DNA of 64,000 nt from Somniosus microcephalus (GCA_052327205.1 CM126205.1:302374001-302438000), one strand, 5' to 3'. Positions 35,606-48,001 are shown, counted from the stretch's first letter. Numbers and translations are program-made. The notes: generated from the letters alone by a model not told the origin.

Positions 35606-37708
35606 CTACTGAGTGGCCCGCGAGGGCGAGACCTTGGCCAGCATTTTGCCTCCCCTGCCCTGCCTGCTGCTCCTTCGCAAGCTCTGCCCAGTGGCTGCTG
35701 CGAGGCTGGGGGAAGGCGCCTGAGGCTCAGATGCCCTTCCGCCAGATGCCGCTGGGGGGTGGCCTACACGGCGTTTGGGCCTCGAGGGGCCGTCTCCTGA
35801 GTGGCGCGCCTGAGCCTGGCCACCATCAGCTGCAGCCGCTTGCCCTTGACGCCCCAGAGGGGGAATGGCGGCGACGGATGGTGCAATGTGGGCCAGCTGG
35901 CGTCTGGGATGCGCTGGCTGGTGCTGTGGCGCGGTGGCACTCGGCCGGGCCCGCACTGCAGGATCCGCAGCAATCAGCCGACGGCCGGCTTGCTGGGATG
36001 GTCCAGCGCGGCGCCTGCCCTGGCGATGCCTGCCTGAGACAGCGCGTGTGGCAGCAGTGAGTGGCCCTCTGGTCCTGGTGTGCGCGCGCATCACATCCGC
36101 CAGGGTCTTGACGGCATCAGTTAGCATGCGGCCAGTCGCGGCAGTTGCTGCCCCGAACTCGCGCACACTGGTCGCCAGCGACTCGATGGCCTCAGGCATG
36201 CGCCCCACCACGCTCATGAGCTCCGTGTGGCGCCGGTCCGAGTCGTCGGCCATCTGATCGAGCTTCCGCACCTCCTCCGAAGTGAAGGTGTCCGGACTGG
36301 AGTCGCGACTCTCCCGCTGGGGAGGAGGGGGCCGAACTAGGGGACCCTTGCCGCGTTGGTGACGGCGAGTGTGCCGAGCAGCAGCACTCCCCTCTGATCC
36401 TTCCCCCCTTTGGGGGGAAGGCCGCGGGCCACGCGCACGGCTGCTGGGTGGCTGGACGCCACTGGTCCCAGAAGCTGCATTGCCCTGCGACAGTTCCTCC
36501 AGGCACTCGTCCAGTGAGGAGGTGTCGAGCATTTCCTCCTCTCCTGCGGGACGTGACTGTTCCCCCGAAGGTCCGGCTTGCTCCTCCTCCTCCTCCTGGT
36601 TGGAGGTGCTGTCACTGGCAGCCTCAGGGTCCTGGTCGTCACCAGCTGAAAGCAGGAATGCACAAGAGTAGCTTCAGAGTGAGGAGACGGCGTCAGCGAG
36701 GGAGTTAGGACTGGTGGGATTCAGCGCATTGGTGGGACAGTGGCAAAGGAGGTAGCTCGGATGGGCCAGTGCGACGCGAGAGGGCCAAAAGGCGAGGTCC
36801 TTACCATTGCCGGGCAGTGGAGGGTCGGATACACCGCACGCTGTGGGGACAATCACACGTGCTCCCATGAGCACACACACGCGCTCCTCCAGCCGAGTGA
36901 GCTTCTGCAGCTTGGCGCGGCCACCCCTGGCACGGGCCTGGCGATTAAACGCTACTTTAGCCTGCAAGAGAAAGGACGGGCTGTAAGGGCGCAGTGAAGC
37001 CCTGATGTAGTGTGCACTGCCTCCCATGGTGGAATAGCTTGGACAGAGTGAAGCCCTGATGTAGTGTGCACTGCCTCCCATGGTGGAATAGCTTGGACAG
37101 AGTGAAGCCCTGATGTAGTGTGCACTGCCTCCCATGGTGGAATAGCTTGGACAGAGTGAAGCCCTGATGTAGTGTGCACTGCCTCCCATGGTGGAATAGC
37201 TTGGACAGAGTGAAGCCCTGATGTAGTGTGCACTGCCTCCCATGGTGGAATAGCTTGGACAGAGTGAAGCCCTGATGTAGTGTGCACTGCCTCCCATGGT
37301 GGAATAGCTTGGCCAAAGTGTAGAGTGCCGAATGGCCATTTGATGCTCATGACTGTCCCAATGCTGCTGGCTGAGGGCTGGCCAAAAGGACTTTCAGGTC
37401 CCTTTGCCCATCATGTCAGGTGTACATGCAAGAATGAGGAGGAGACTGGAAAGGCTACTCACCCTCACAATCCTGGTCAGATCGTTGTACTTCTTACGGC
37501 ATTGTGTGTGGGTCCTGGGGGCCTCGCCGGTGAATGTCACCCTCTGGGCGATCTGCTTCCAGGCTTTGGTGTAGTCGTGGTGGGTTGGATTCCTCCCACT
37601 GTCTGGAAACAAGATCTTGCGCCTCACCTCCAGAGCTGTGAGCATGATGTCCAGATCACCCTCTGAGAAGCGCAGGGCACGCTGACGGGCCTTCTCTGGC
37701 GTTGCCAT
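35606..37708 (-). CDS. Harbinger Myb/SANT-like DNA-binding protein (NAIF1-like); exons 37708-37463, 36961-36805, 36645-35606; 480 aa
   Basis: Exon 1 encodes RFSEGDL..AWKQIA..RTHTQCRKKYNDL. Introns are canonical (GTGAGT..TTGCAG, GTAAG..TTTCAG). The exon lengths 246+157+1040 nt join in frame without stops. Confidence 0.88.
36993..37312. repeat. Tandem array of about 6 identical 54-bp units in intron 1 of the Myb gene
   Basis: AGTGAAGCCCTGATGTAGTGTGCACTGCCTCCCATGGTGGAATAGCTTGGACAG starting at 36993, 37047, 37101, 37155, 37209 and 37263. Confidence 0.97.
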
Positions 37709-38234
37709 GACTCCCTGGGGCTGAGCAGTAGTGTTGAGGCCTCTTTGCAAGGCTGCAGTGTGCAGGGCGTGGCAGCAGACTAATTCGTCCCTTCCCCCTT
37801 TAAGAGCTGGTCGGCACCACGGGGTCTGCTGTCAGTGCAAAAATGACCGCACCCGTGCTGCGCCCCGCCTGGGCGCTATCCCTCTGGACCGCCGGCTTAG
37901 CGCCTAAAGAGAGTAGTGGAACGCCTCTTTTAGCGCTCCACCAACCTCTTAGGGCGAAGCCACTGAATTCCCGGCAACGGGGCGCTACTTTGGGGCGGGC
38001 GCTAACTTCGGGCGGGCGCTAAAGCTAGCGCCCCAAAACTGCCTAAACTGAAAATCTAGCCCTATATATCTGCACGCAAGATCTCTTTGTTCATCCACTC
38101 TTTCTTTCTTTTGATGTTCTTTTTCCAAAAATTTAATAATTGGCATTTCTCTGCACAGAACTGCATCTGCCATCTATTTGTCCACTTGGCCACCCTGCCC
38201 TTGTGCTCCTACAATCTCCGATAGTCTTCCTCAC

Positions 38235-38800
38235 AGTTTGCTATGCATCTTATATAGAAACATAGAAGATAGGAGCAGGAGTAGGCCATTCGGCCCCGCG
38301 AGCCTGCTCCGCCATTCAATGAGATCATGGCTGATCATCCAAACTCATTACCCTGTCCCTGCCTTCTCCCCATATCCCTTGATCCCTTTAGCCTTAAGAA
38401 ATATATCTAACTCCTTCTTGAATATATTTAATGAATTGGCCTCAACTGCCTTCTGTGGTGGAGAATTCCACAGGTTCACCACTCTCTGGGTGAAGAAATT
38501 CCTCCTCATCTCTGTCCGAAATGGCTTAGCACTTATCTTTAGACTGTGACCCCTGGTTTTGGACTCCCTCGCCATCGGGAACATCCTTCCTGCATCTAGT
38601 CTGTCTAGTCCTGTTAGAATTTTATAAGTTTCAATGAGATCCCCTCTCATTCTTCTAAACTCCAGCGAGTATAAGCCCAATCGACCCAATTTCTCCTTAT
38701 ACGTCATTCCTGCCATCCCAGGTATCAGTCTGGTGAATCTTCGCTGCACTCCCTCCATGGCAAGAACATCCTTCCTCAGATAAGGTGACCAAAACTGCAC
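38235..38800 (-). mobile_element. CR1 3' fragment
   Basis: 150-aa ORF of the CR1 RT C-terminus plus 3' stem-loop. Close to the copies at 26033 and 30210. Confidence 0.92.
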
Positions 38801-38961
38801 ACAATACCAAACTGCTTAGTTTGGTATTGTCAACAGATTTCAATATCGTTCCCTTTTCATCTATGTCCAAGTTATTTATATCAATGAAAAACAAAATACC
38901 ATGCACAGCCCGACTCATTTCCCATAATTTATTTAAAAGTTATATATATATGAACTTAAAA

Positions 38962-39575
38962 ACCATTAGGAAGGCAAATGGTATGCTGACCTTCATTACA
39001 AGAGGATTTGAGTACAGGGGTAAAGAAGTCTTACTCCAATTATATAGGGCCTTGGTGAGACCATACCTGGAGTACTGTGTACAATTTTGGTCTCCTTACC
39101 TAAGGAAGGATATATTTGCCATAGAGGGAGTGCAACGAAGGTTCACGAGATTGATTCCTGGGATGGCGGGACTGTCGTATGAGAAGAGATTGAGTAAACT
39201 AGGCCCGTATTCTCTTGAATTCAGAAGAATGAGAGGGGATCTCATTGAAGCATACAAAATTATTACAGGGCTTGATAGGATGGATGCTGGGAGAATGTTT
39301 TCCTTAGCTGGGGAGTCTAGAACCAAGGGTCACAGCCTCAAGATAAAGAGTAGGCCATTCAGGACTGAGATGAGAAGAAATTTCTTCACACAGAGGGTGG
39401 TGAATCTTTGGAATTCTCTACCCCAGAGGGCTGTGGAGGCTCAATCATTGGGTATATTCAAAATGGAAGTCGATAGATTTCTGACTAGTAAGGGCATCAG
39501 GGGACATGGCGATAGGGCCGGTGAATAGAGTTGAGGCAGAAGATCAGCCATGATCTCATTGAATGGTGGAGCATG
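38962..39575 (+). mobile_element. CR1 3' fragment
   Basis: [36 protein letters not shown]. Confidence 0.92.
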
Positions 39576-39959
39576 TTCTTAAGTATGATTTTAAAGGTTC
39601 TTGACATTAGGGATTCATTACTTAATTGAACCTAGTTTGCTATCAGTCATTGAGCTCAGGACACTGCTTAAAAGAAAGAAAACTATTTGCGTGAACAATC
39701 TAAATTTGAAATTGTTAGATTTAAATGCATGTTCCATACTTCTGTCATAACAGCTGCAAGTGGCATTGAGGTAAACACTCAAGGTCTCAAATGTCCACCT
39801 CAGCTTTGCGATTTCTTAACTAGGCGTAAAGGTCTATTGGTGTGGGGGAGGGGTGGTGAGGAACTGGGGAAAAAAATATGCTTAAGAAACCATGATGACC
39901 AGGGATAGTAGTCCAGATTTGCAGTATTGACACTGTAAATTTCTCAATGGGATTACCTT

Positions 39960-40272
39960 ATTGATGGTGCAAGGACTAGGGGACACAGATTTAAGGTTTT
40001 GGGCAAGAGATACAGGGGGGATGTGAGGAAAAACTTTTTTACGCAGCGAGTGGCGAGGACCTGGAACTCGCTGCTGACGGAAGTGGTGGAAGCGGAGACA
40101 CTCAATGTTTTCAATGGGAGATTGGATAGGCACTTGAGGGAAATAAACTTACAGGGCTACGGGGATAGAGCGGGGGAATGGGACTGACTGGATTGCTCCA
40201 TAGAGAGCCGGCATGGACTCGATGGGCCGAATGGCCTCCTTCTGTGCCGTTATGACTCTATGACTCTATGAC
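39960..40272 (+). mobile_element. CR1 3' fragment (different subfamily)
   Basis: RKNFFTQRVARTWNSL, with an (ATGACTCT)n tail. Confidence 0.85.
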
Positions 40273-41361
40273 CTAGCCTCTGCTTGAAAAATCACTTTCT
40301 GATGTGAACCAGTGGTAATGGTAAACCACTTGAGTGGCTTTAATTTTCCATAGTTCCCTTTAAATAGCAGGACTATGTCCTTAGTGAGGCATAACTGCAA
40401 CTATAAGAGCTCACTGTAGTGAGGAGTTCAGGGACCTGTATTTATTGTCATAACTGCATCTGGCTGAGCTCTCTCCATTTGCACAATTGGTAAATACAAT
40501 GTTCAATATCATTAAGGTGATACATTTTGCACGAAGCACACTTTTAGTTCTACCAAGTCCCTTAAGCTCCATTAAGTCAAGGGGACCTGATGTATTTATG
40601 GGGTGTTTTATACAGATTGCGAAATACAAAATGTCCCCATGCCATTACAGAGCTTCAAGAATCGCACTAAAAAAAAATACTCCATGTAAAATGTAAACCC
40701 TTATGAATGGGCAACTGAATAAGACGGGCCAACAAAGTCTTAGGTTAAAGCCACGGTCAGTGTTAAATTATGTCACCTCGGCTGGAGTCGAAACAGGAAC
40801 GCTACACTTGGCTTCACCTGGGGAAGAAGGAAATGACTTAGAATTTCTGCTGCCAATGCTCATCCAGTAACACCTACTGGAAAATATTTTTTTGTGAGTT
40901 GTTGGGTAAAAACAGGGTCTGCCTCGGCAGTCACAGCAACTACAAATGAATGGCCTACTGGCACTCACTGTTCAAGCTTATACATGATAAATGGCCAGTT
41001 GCTTGAAGTGCTGGAGGCCAGTGCCTTTGGAAGCAGACCCCAGCATCAGTCAGCCCTTAAGAAAAGAGGGGAAACATAGAGAAAGGGAAAGGGAAAAGAA
41101 AAAAGAAAATTGTATCTAGCCTACATTTCAGTGTTTGGCTGAATGTTCCTCTTGCCTTGTACACCAGTTGTATTACTGAACAAGAGTACTGGGCATTAAA
41201 GAACAGACAATGGCTGTCTGGCTAACTCCATTGTTTCCATCCAGCACATACAATTTGTCCTGCTGTGTATTTTATACAATCTATTTAATCTCCTCAGAGA
41301 TAAGTAAAACTTGGGAAATGATAAAACTCTGTGAAATTTGCCCCTGACTCCTTAAGGTAAG

Positions 41362-41700
41362 TAGCAGCTTGGCTCAGTTGGTAGCATTCTCACCTCTGAG
41401 CCAGAAGATTGTGGGTTTAATTAAGCCCAACTCCAGGATTGGAGTCCGCATCTAGATTGATACTTTAGTGCAGTACCGGGGGTGTGTTGAATTGTTGGAG
41501 GTGCCTATTTAGACAGATGTAAAAAAAATTCCATGGCACTATTTGAAAAAGAACAAGGAGTTATTCCAGTGTCCTGCCAACATTCCTCCCAAACCAAAAA
41601 TAATTAACTGGGTTTTCATCTCATTTGTTGTTTGCACAATATTGGTGTGTGCAATTGGCTGTAAGGTTTGTCTACTTAACAAAAGTGACTGCACTTTACA
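41362..41700 (+). mobile_element. Decayed DeuSINE/SacSINE1-like SINE
   Basis: tRNA head TGGCTCAGTTGG..TCTGAGCCAGAAG and the Deu-domain remnants GGAGGTGCC and CCATGGCACTATTTG. Confidence 0.7.
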
Positions 41701-42381
41701 ACTGCATTCCACAACGTAGCACAGGAACCAATGTGCTCCACAGGAGTATTTAATTATCAATATTTGCACTTAACCTTAGAACCTACAGTCCCAATCTTAC
41801 CCAGGTAGGTATCCACCTCTGTATAAAAGGTGTTGGCAAAGATGGCGCCAACTGCTTTTGATGGGGAACATTCAAGATATGGGCCTAGAAATTCAGTTGC
41901 GTCCGCCAGCCGTTAGCGCCATAAGAGGGGTAGATTTCCAGCGCTAGGCACTTAGCGCCCGGGCGCAGGCCGATCTGCGCCTACGCCCAACTTCAGTTGA
42001 CATTTAGCGCCGGCGCAAAGTGTTTGCGCCCGCTCAGCTGCGCGCGCAGCTTATGACGTCATTTCGTCGTGCAACGCTGTTTGTGCGCCCCAAACCGGAA
42101 ATTCAGTGGCGCCCGTCCAATGTGGGCGTGGCGCTGTTAAGAACTGTGAAGTGGAACGCAGCACAGGCCCTGCGGGCCTCAGGGAGCGCTAATTAAAGGG
42201 CACTTACACTGAACTATAAAGGCCAGCCATTTTGCTGCAATGACTTTAGTGCTTTGGATTTCTGGACAGAGACCAAGGAACAGACCTTCCTGATTTGGGA
42301 CAACATAGGAGAGGTATTTTTGGCTTCTGGCCAGAGCTTGGAACTTTCACTCATTGTGATTTCACTGTTTGCAAGTTTATT

Positions 42382-43523
42382 ATGGGGGCTGCATGGGGTT
42401 CCAACCCTCAGTTCCAGCATTATGTGCGAAGGGCTCGCAGACGCTGTGTGAGAGGGCCAGCCATGCCTAGACGCAGAGGGGCCATCAGGCGTCGGCAACG
42501 TAGGCCTTACCCACTCAGGGAATACCGGCAGCAGGTGTCCTATCTCACCATGACGCCGCGCATTGTGTTAAGAGGCTGCGCTTCAGAAGGGAGGTGGTTG
42601 CAGAGATCTGCCAGCTGCTTCACAGAGATCTGCGTCCACAGCTGATGTGCAGGACGTCTCTGTCGGTGGAAGTGAAGGTCACGGTGGCTCTGAACTTTTA
42701 TGCAAGCGGATCATTCCAAGCCGCTGCTGGGGACATAGCGAACATTTCCCAGTTTGCCGTGCATCGCTGCATCCGGCAGGTCACCGATGCCCTTTTCGCA
42801 AGGAGACACCAATTCATCTCCTTCCCCATGACCCTAGAGAGGCAGGAGCAGCGTGCAGTCGGATTTGCCAGGATCGCCGACTTCCCCATGGTGCAGGGCG
42901 CCATTGACTGCACGCATGTGGCTATGCGGGCACCTATCGACAATGCCGAGGATTACCGCAACCGGAAGGGCTACCATTCCCTCAATGTACAGCTGGTGTG
43001 TGACCACAGGCAGCGCATCCTAGCTGTCAATGCCCGCTTTCCAGGAAGCAGCCACGATGCATTTATCCTGCGCCAGACTACTGTGGCTGACATGTTCGAG
43101 GCACAGCCTCCACCAAGGGGATGGCTTATTGGGGACAAGGGCTACCCTTTGTGTACATGGCTCATGACCCCGCTCCGCGTGCCCAGGACCCCTGCGGAGG
43201 AGGCATACAACGAAGGCCATCAAGCCACAAGGAACATCATAGAGCAAACGATTGGCGTCCTCAAGCAACGGTTCCGCTGCCTGGATCGTTCCGGCGGATC
43301 TCTACAGTATTCGCCGGATAGAGTCTCCCAGTTCGTCGTCGTTTGCTGCATGCTGCACAACCTGGCTATCCGCAGGACTCAGGCACTGCCACCTCACGTT
43401 CAACCACCACCTCAGGAGGACGAGCAGGAGGACCATGAGGAGGAGGAGGAGGAGTACCAGCCCAGGAGGGAGCCACATGGTCCAAGGGCCGTCCGCCGGC
43501 AGCTTATTGAACGGCACTTCTAG
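42382..43523 (+). pseudogene. Harbinger transposase with a single 1-nt frameshift near 42554
   Basis: MGAAWG..RPYPLREYRQQVSYLTM in one frame and the rest (GAIDCTH, GDKGYP, RNIIE) in another. ATGAC-GCCGCG here versus ATGAGTGCCGCG in copy A. Confidence 0.9.
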
Positions 43524-43773
43524 GCCCCCTGTCAGGGAATGGCTTGTGGCAATGAACGCACCTGAATGCAGCCGCTCCGCAAGCCCTCAGCCGGTTAACG
43601 CAACAACCACTTGAAACATGACACCTGGACAAGCTGAATAAATAAAAAGCTTTATTTAACAAACTCAGGGCCCTTCCCACATGAAACAGAGAAACAGACA
43701 AGACCCCCAAAAAACAGTCAAAAACATATCTCACTCCCACAACCTGGGGAGGAATAACAAAACTTGTCAATAA

Positions 43774-43930
43774 CATTTGCCTTCATCCTCGGCCTTCCCA
43801 AAATAAGCCCCCCCCCCTCCAGAACACAACCACCCCCATATAAAAAAACATTTGCCTTCATCTTCGGCCTTCCCAAAATAAGCCCCCCCCCCCCCCCCAG
43901 AACACAAACACCCCCATATAAAAAAAACAG
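43774..43930. repeat. Tandem duplication (two units of about 75 bp) in the intergenic/3' UTR region of copy B
   Basis: CATTTGCCTTCATC.TCGGCCTTCCCAAAATAAG(C)nAGAACACAA.CACCCCCATATAAAAAAA occurs twice. Confidence 0.9.
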
Positions 43931-43943
43931 TTGGCAACACACT

Positions 43944-45992
43944 CTACTTGGTGTGCCGAGAGGGCGAGTCCTTGTGCAGGCTTCTCCGGCCCCTGCCCGA
44001 CCTGTTGCTCCGCCTCAACCTGGGCCCTGTGGGTGTGGCAAGGCTGGGGGAAGGCTCCTGAGGGGCACACTGCGTGATGGCAGATGCCCTTGGGGGTCGG
44101 CCTAGACGAGGTCCGGCCCTGGAGGGGCCGGCTGCTGACTGCTGCAGTTGTGGCTGGGCAGCATCAGTCTCTGCATCAGCTCGTCGCATCTTGGCTGGGG
44201 GAGTGGCAGTGGCGGCTGCAGCAATGGGGGCAAGCTGGCTGATGCCAGGCGCTCGCTGGTCGCCAGAGACACTGGCACTCGGCCGGGCTGGCACTGCAGC
44301 AAGCGCAGCAATCTGGTGGAGGCCAGACCGCTGTGCTGCAGCAGGGCGGCGGGTGCCCTGGCGATGCTTCCGTGACACCGCGAGTGTGGCAGAAGTGAGT
44401 GCCCGAACTGCCCTGGTCTGTGCCTGCATCAGATCAGCCAGTGTCTGCACGGCACCACTCATGAACTCACGACTCGCGTCCTGTGCTGCCGCGAGTTGGT
44501 CGACACCCCTGGCTTGTGCTGCCGTGAGTTGGTCGACACCCCTGGCCTGTGAGTCCCCGAAAGCGGCCACACTATGAGCCAGGGACTCAATGGCCTGAGG
44601 CATCTGTCCCACAACCCCCATGAACTCGTTGTGGCGCCGCTCCGAGGCCGCGGACATTTCATCAAGGTGGCGCACCTCCTGGGCGAGGACCGTCTCCGGA
44701 CTGGAGGGCGGACTCTCCCTCTGGGGAGAAGGCCGCCGAGCTGCCCGACCCTTCCCGCATGCCTGGACGCCACTGGGCCCAGCAACTGCCCTCCCCTGCA
44801 ACACTTCCCCCCTCTGGGGAGAAGGCAGCCGTGCTGCCCGACCCTTCCCGCGTGCCTGGACGCCACTGGGCCCAGCAACTGCCCTCCCCTGCAACACTTC
44901 CCCCCTCTGGGGAGAAGGCAGCCGTGCTGCCCGACCCTTCCCGCGTGCCTGGACGCCACTGGGCCCAGGAGCTACACCCCCCTGCAACACTTCCCCCTGG
45001 CTCTCCTCCAGGCAAGACGTCTCCCCTCCATTGCCATCCCCTGACGCGGATGAGGGTTCCCCCGAAGTGCCGCCTTCCTCTTGGTCCTCGTCGTCCTCCT
45101 CTTCCGAGGGACTGGCACTCTCAGCTTCATGGACCTCCTCCTCACCAGCTGAAAGCAGGAAGGCACAAGAGTAGCTTTAGAGTGAGGACAGGGCGTCAGC
45201 GAGGGAGGCATGAGTGGTGGCATTATGCGCATTGGTCGGACAGTGGCAAAGGATGTAGATCTGAAGCGCAAGGGGAACGAGAGAGGTCCAAACGGTCATG
45301 TCCTTACCATTGGGGCCCAGCACAGGGTCCGCATCACCAATAGCAACGGGGCCAACCACCCGGCCACGCATGAGTCGAGCCACGCGCTCCTCCAGCTCAC
45401 TGAGCTCCTGGAACTGGGCACGGCCTCCCCCGGTGACATTCCTGCTCTTCATATTCTGGGCCAGCTTGGCCTGCAAGAGAAAGGACGGCCTCTAAGTACA
45501 GTGTGGTGCCCTGTTGTTGTGTGCACTGCCTCCCATGGTGGAATAGCTTGGCCAGTGTGGTGCCCTGTTGTTGTGTGCACTGCCTCCCATGGTCGAATAG
45601 CTTGGCCAGTGTGTAAAGTGCAGAAAGTGCTATTGATGATCATGCCAGTGCCATAGCTGCGGGAGGAGGGATGGCCATTAGGCCTTTGAGGTCCCTTTGT
45701 CCATAATGTGAGGTGCACATGCAAGGATGAGGAGGACACTGGAAAGTCTACTCACCTTGACCAACCGAGTGAGGTCGTTGTACTTCTTGCGGCATTGGTC
45801 ACCAGTCCTGGGGACATCGCTGGTGGCTGACACCCTGTGGGCGATTTCCCTCCAGGCTCTCCTGAACTGCCTCCTGGGAGCCTTCTTGCCACTGTCCGGG
45901 CACAAGATCTCTCTTCTCTTTTCCAAACCCTTAAGCAGCACCCACAAAGCAGGCTCTGAGAAGCGCTGCGCTCGTTCACGGGCCTTCTGCAT
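43944..45992 (-). CDS. Harbinger Myb/SANT-like protein; exons 45992-45756, 45470-45308, 45148-43944; 534 aa
   Basis: RFSEPAL..AWREIA..RTGDQCRKKYNDL. Same splice sites and phases as copy A. 237+163+1205 nt join in frame. Confidence 0.88.
44713..44996 (-). repeat. Three in-frame 90-bp coding repeats in Myb exon 3
   Basis: A 30-aa unit resembling LQGRAVAGPSGVQARGKGRAARLPSPQRGEV occurs three times. Confidence 0.92.
45499..45612. repeat. Two 54-bp tandem units in intron 1, homologous to the array in copy A
   Basis: CAGTGTGGTGCCCTGTTGTTGTGTGCACTGCCTCCCATGGTGGAATAGCTTGGC at 45499 and 45553. Confidence 0.95.
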
Positions 45993-47281
45993 GGCTTCAG
46001 GCGCTATTTGGGTCCACCAGCAGTGTTGAGGCCTAGCTGCAGGGCTCCACTATCCAGGGCGTGGCAGCAGACAAAGTCGACCCTTCCCCCTTTAAGAGCT
46101 GGCCGGCGTCAGGGTGTCTGCTGTCAATCAAAACATGACCGCATCTGCGCTGCGCCCGGCCTCGGCGTTATCAGTCCGCACCGCCGGCTTAGCGCCTAAA
46201 GATAGGAGTGCAACGCCAGTTTCAGTGCTCGCCCAAACTCCTTGGCCAAATCTACTGAATTTCGGCGAAGTGGCCTACACGTTCCGGCGGGCGCTAACTT
46301 TAGCGACCGCCCGACTTTAGCGCCCCAAAAGTGGCGCGACGGAATTTCTAGGCCATGTACTATAGGGAAAACAAAATCTAACTTCTAGTCCCACCTTAGG
46401 CTTGTTAATTTTGTACTCGTCTTCTAATGCTTTGATCATAGTTTAAGTTAAATAACTGAAAGTAAAATATTCAAATTCACAGTTTACAGCTGATACCAGA
46501 AAGTATTCAGCTGCTACTTAGCTTGTGGCTACTTTCTGCCAGCAATGGGGCCTGCTATGCACAAATCTGAATATTCTTCCCATGATATTCAAGTTATTAT
46601 TTTCACTCAACCACTAGTGCTGTTAAAACCAACACAGATATATGAGAACCTTAACTTTTCAGTTCCCATCCAGGAATATATGGAAGGAATGAGAAAAACC
46701 AGAATCAAACCAAATGTGAACTGCAGTGTAAATCCCCAAAGAGGACACATTGTCCAATTTCCAGCTCTCAAAGCATTAAAAAAACATTTTGAATTCTTCT
46801 CACCTCTAGAGACTCATATGACACAAACATCAGCCTAGTTTGGTTTCGATTTTGCATATCCATATTAAATGTTTGACTCTGCCACACTCAGCATGGGGTT
46901 TCTCATAAGAGATTCCATATGGTTACTTAAAGCTAAATGAACCATTATGTCAGGTTGCCCATATACAAACTGTACTGATGTTCACAGCCATTGTTATTTA
47001 CAACTCTATGCTAAGCTAATAACTGGGGTCTTAGAAATTTAATTCTGTTCTCCCACTGATTAGAGAATACAATCTAGGCCATTCTTTAGCATACGGCTTT
47101 TCATACTATCTCAATTCTACACAGTAGCTCTGACAAGGCTAAATTGTCCTACTCTTCACAGTTTTTTTGTGTATTTTATTTATGTTTTCTCCTCTTCACC
47201 TCGTTAGACTTACCTATACCACATAACATTCCTTGGTCTAGAAGGCATTTTGAGAAAGCACTGGCCTTATCTTGGTCTATT

Positions 47282-47495
47282 AATAACAACAATAATTTGC
47301 ATTCATATAGCACCTTTAATGTATAAAAATGCTCCAAGGTGCTGAACAGAGGTGTGCAGAAAATGGATGCCAAGCCAAAGCAGAAATTAAGGGAGTTGAT
47401 CAAAAGCTTGGTCAAAGTGGTGTGATTTAATGAGTGTCTTAAAGGAACAGAGGGAGGTTGAGAGATGGAGTGGTTTAGGGAGGGAATTCCAGATA
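47282..47495 (-). mobile_element. L2 LINE 3' end
   Basis: Reverse-complement similarity to the 10330-10563 tail. Confidence 0.75.
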
Positions 47496-47524
47496 GTACA
47501 ACCTATAGCTGTGCAACCCACAAT

Positions 47525-48001
47525 TGTTGTTCCCGATGATGGGTGAAACTAGAACTAGGGGGCATAGTCTTAGAATAAGGGGCTGCTCTTTCAAAACTGA
47601 GATGAGGAGGAACTACTTCACTCAGAGGGTGGTAGGTCCATGGAATATGCTGCCCCAAAAAGCTGCAGAAGCTACATCATTACGTAAATTTAAAACAGAA
47701 ATAGACAGTTTCCTAGAAGTAAAGGGAATTAAGGGTTACGGGGAGCGGGCAGGAATTTGGACATGAGTCTAGGTTCGGATCGGTCATGGCCCTGTGGGTA
47801 GCGGAGCGGGCCCAGGGGCCGTGTAGCCTGATCCTGCTCCTATTTTGTGTGTCTAATTCTGTTAGATTCAGGAGATGGTTCTGTGATAGTAGATTGGCGG
47901 TTAGGATCAGATCAGCCATGATCTTATTGAATGGCGGAGCAGGCTCGAGGGGCCGATTGGCCTACTCCTGCTCCTATTTCTTATGTTCTTATGTTCTTAT
48001 G
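47525..48001 (+). mobile_element. 5'-truncated CR1, near-identical to the 3' end of the CR1 at 59368-63013
   Basis: Shares the ORF2 end ...KGYGERAGIWT*, the doubled 3' UTR and the (TTCTTATG)n tail. Confidence 0.95.

Larger units (their letters stand above)
33585..38062 (+). mobile_element. Autonomous-type PIF/Harbinger DNA transposon (copy A), apparently intact
   Basis: Perfect 17-bp TIR GGGCTAGATTTTCAGTT, 3-bp TSD TAT on both sides, convergent transposase and Myb/SANT genes, and CpG-rich sequence. Inserted into an old minus-strand CR1. Confidence 0.96.
41882..46354 (+). mobile_element. PIF/Harbinger DNA transposon (copy B), same architecture as copy A
   Basis: 13-bp TIR GGCCTAGAAATTC, 3-bp TSD ATG on both sides, convergent transposase and Myb genes. 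Confidence 0.95.

Noticed and set aside
37000-37050. Hammerhead ribozyme or iron-responsive element in the 54-bp unit
   Set aside because: CTGATG is not followed by A or a GAAA core and is not conserved in copy B. CAGUGC lacks the flanking 5-bp IRE stem.
36993-37312. CRISPR-like array
   Set aside because: The units are identical head-to-tail with no unique spacers, there are no cas genes, and the context is a eukaryotic intron.
36674-37350. Repetitive ORFs (221, 132 and 119 aa) over the 54-bp array
   Set aside because: They are open only because the unit length is a multiple of three. The region lies between canonical splice sites of the Myb gene.
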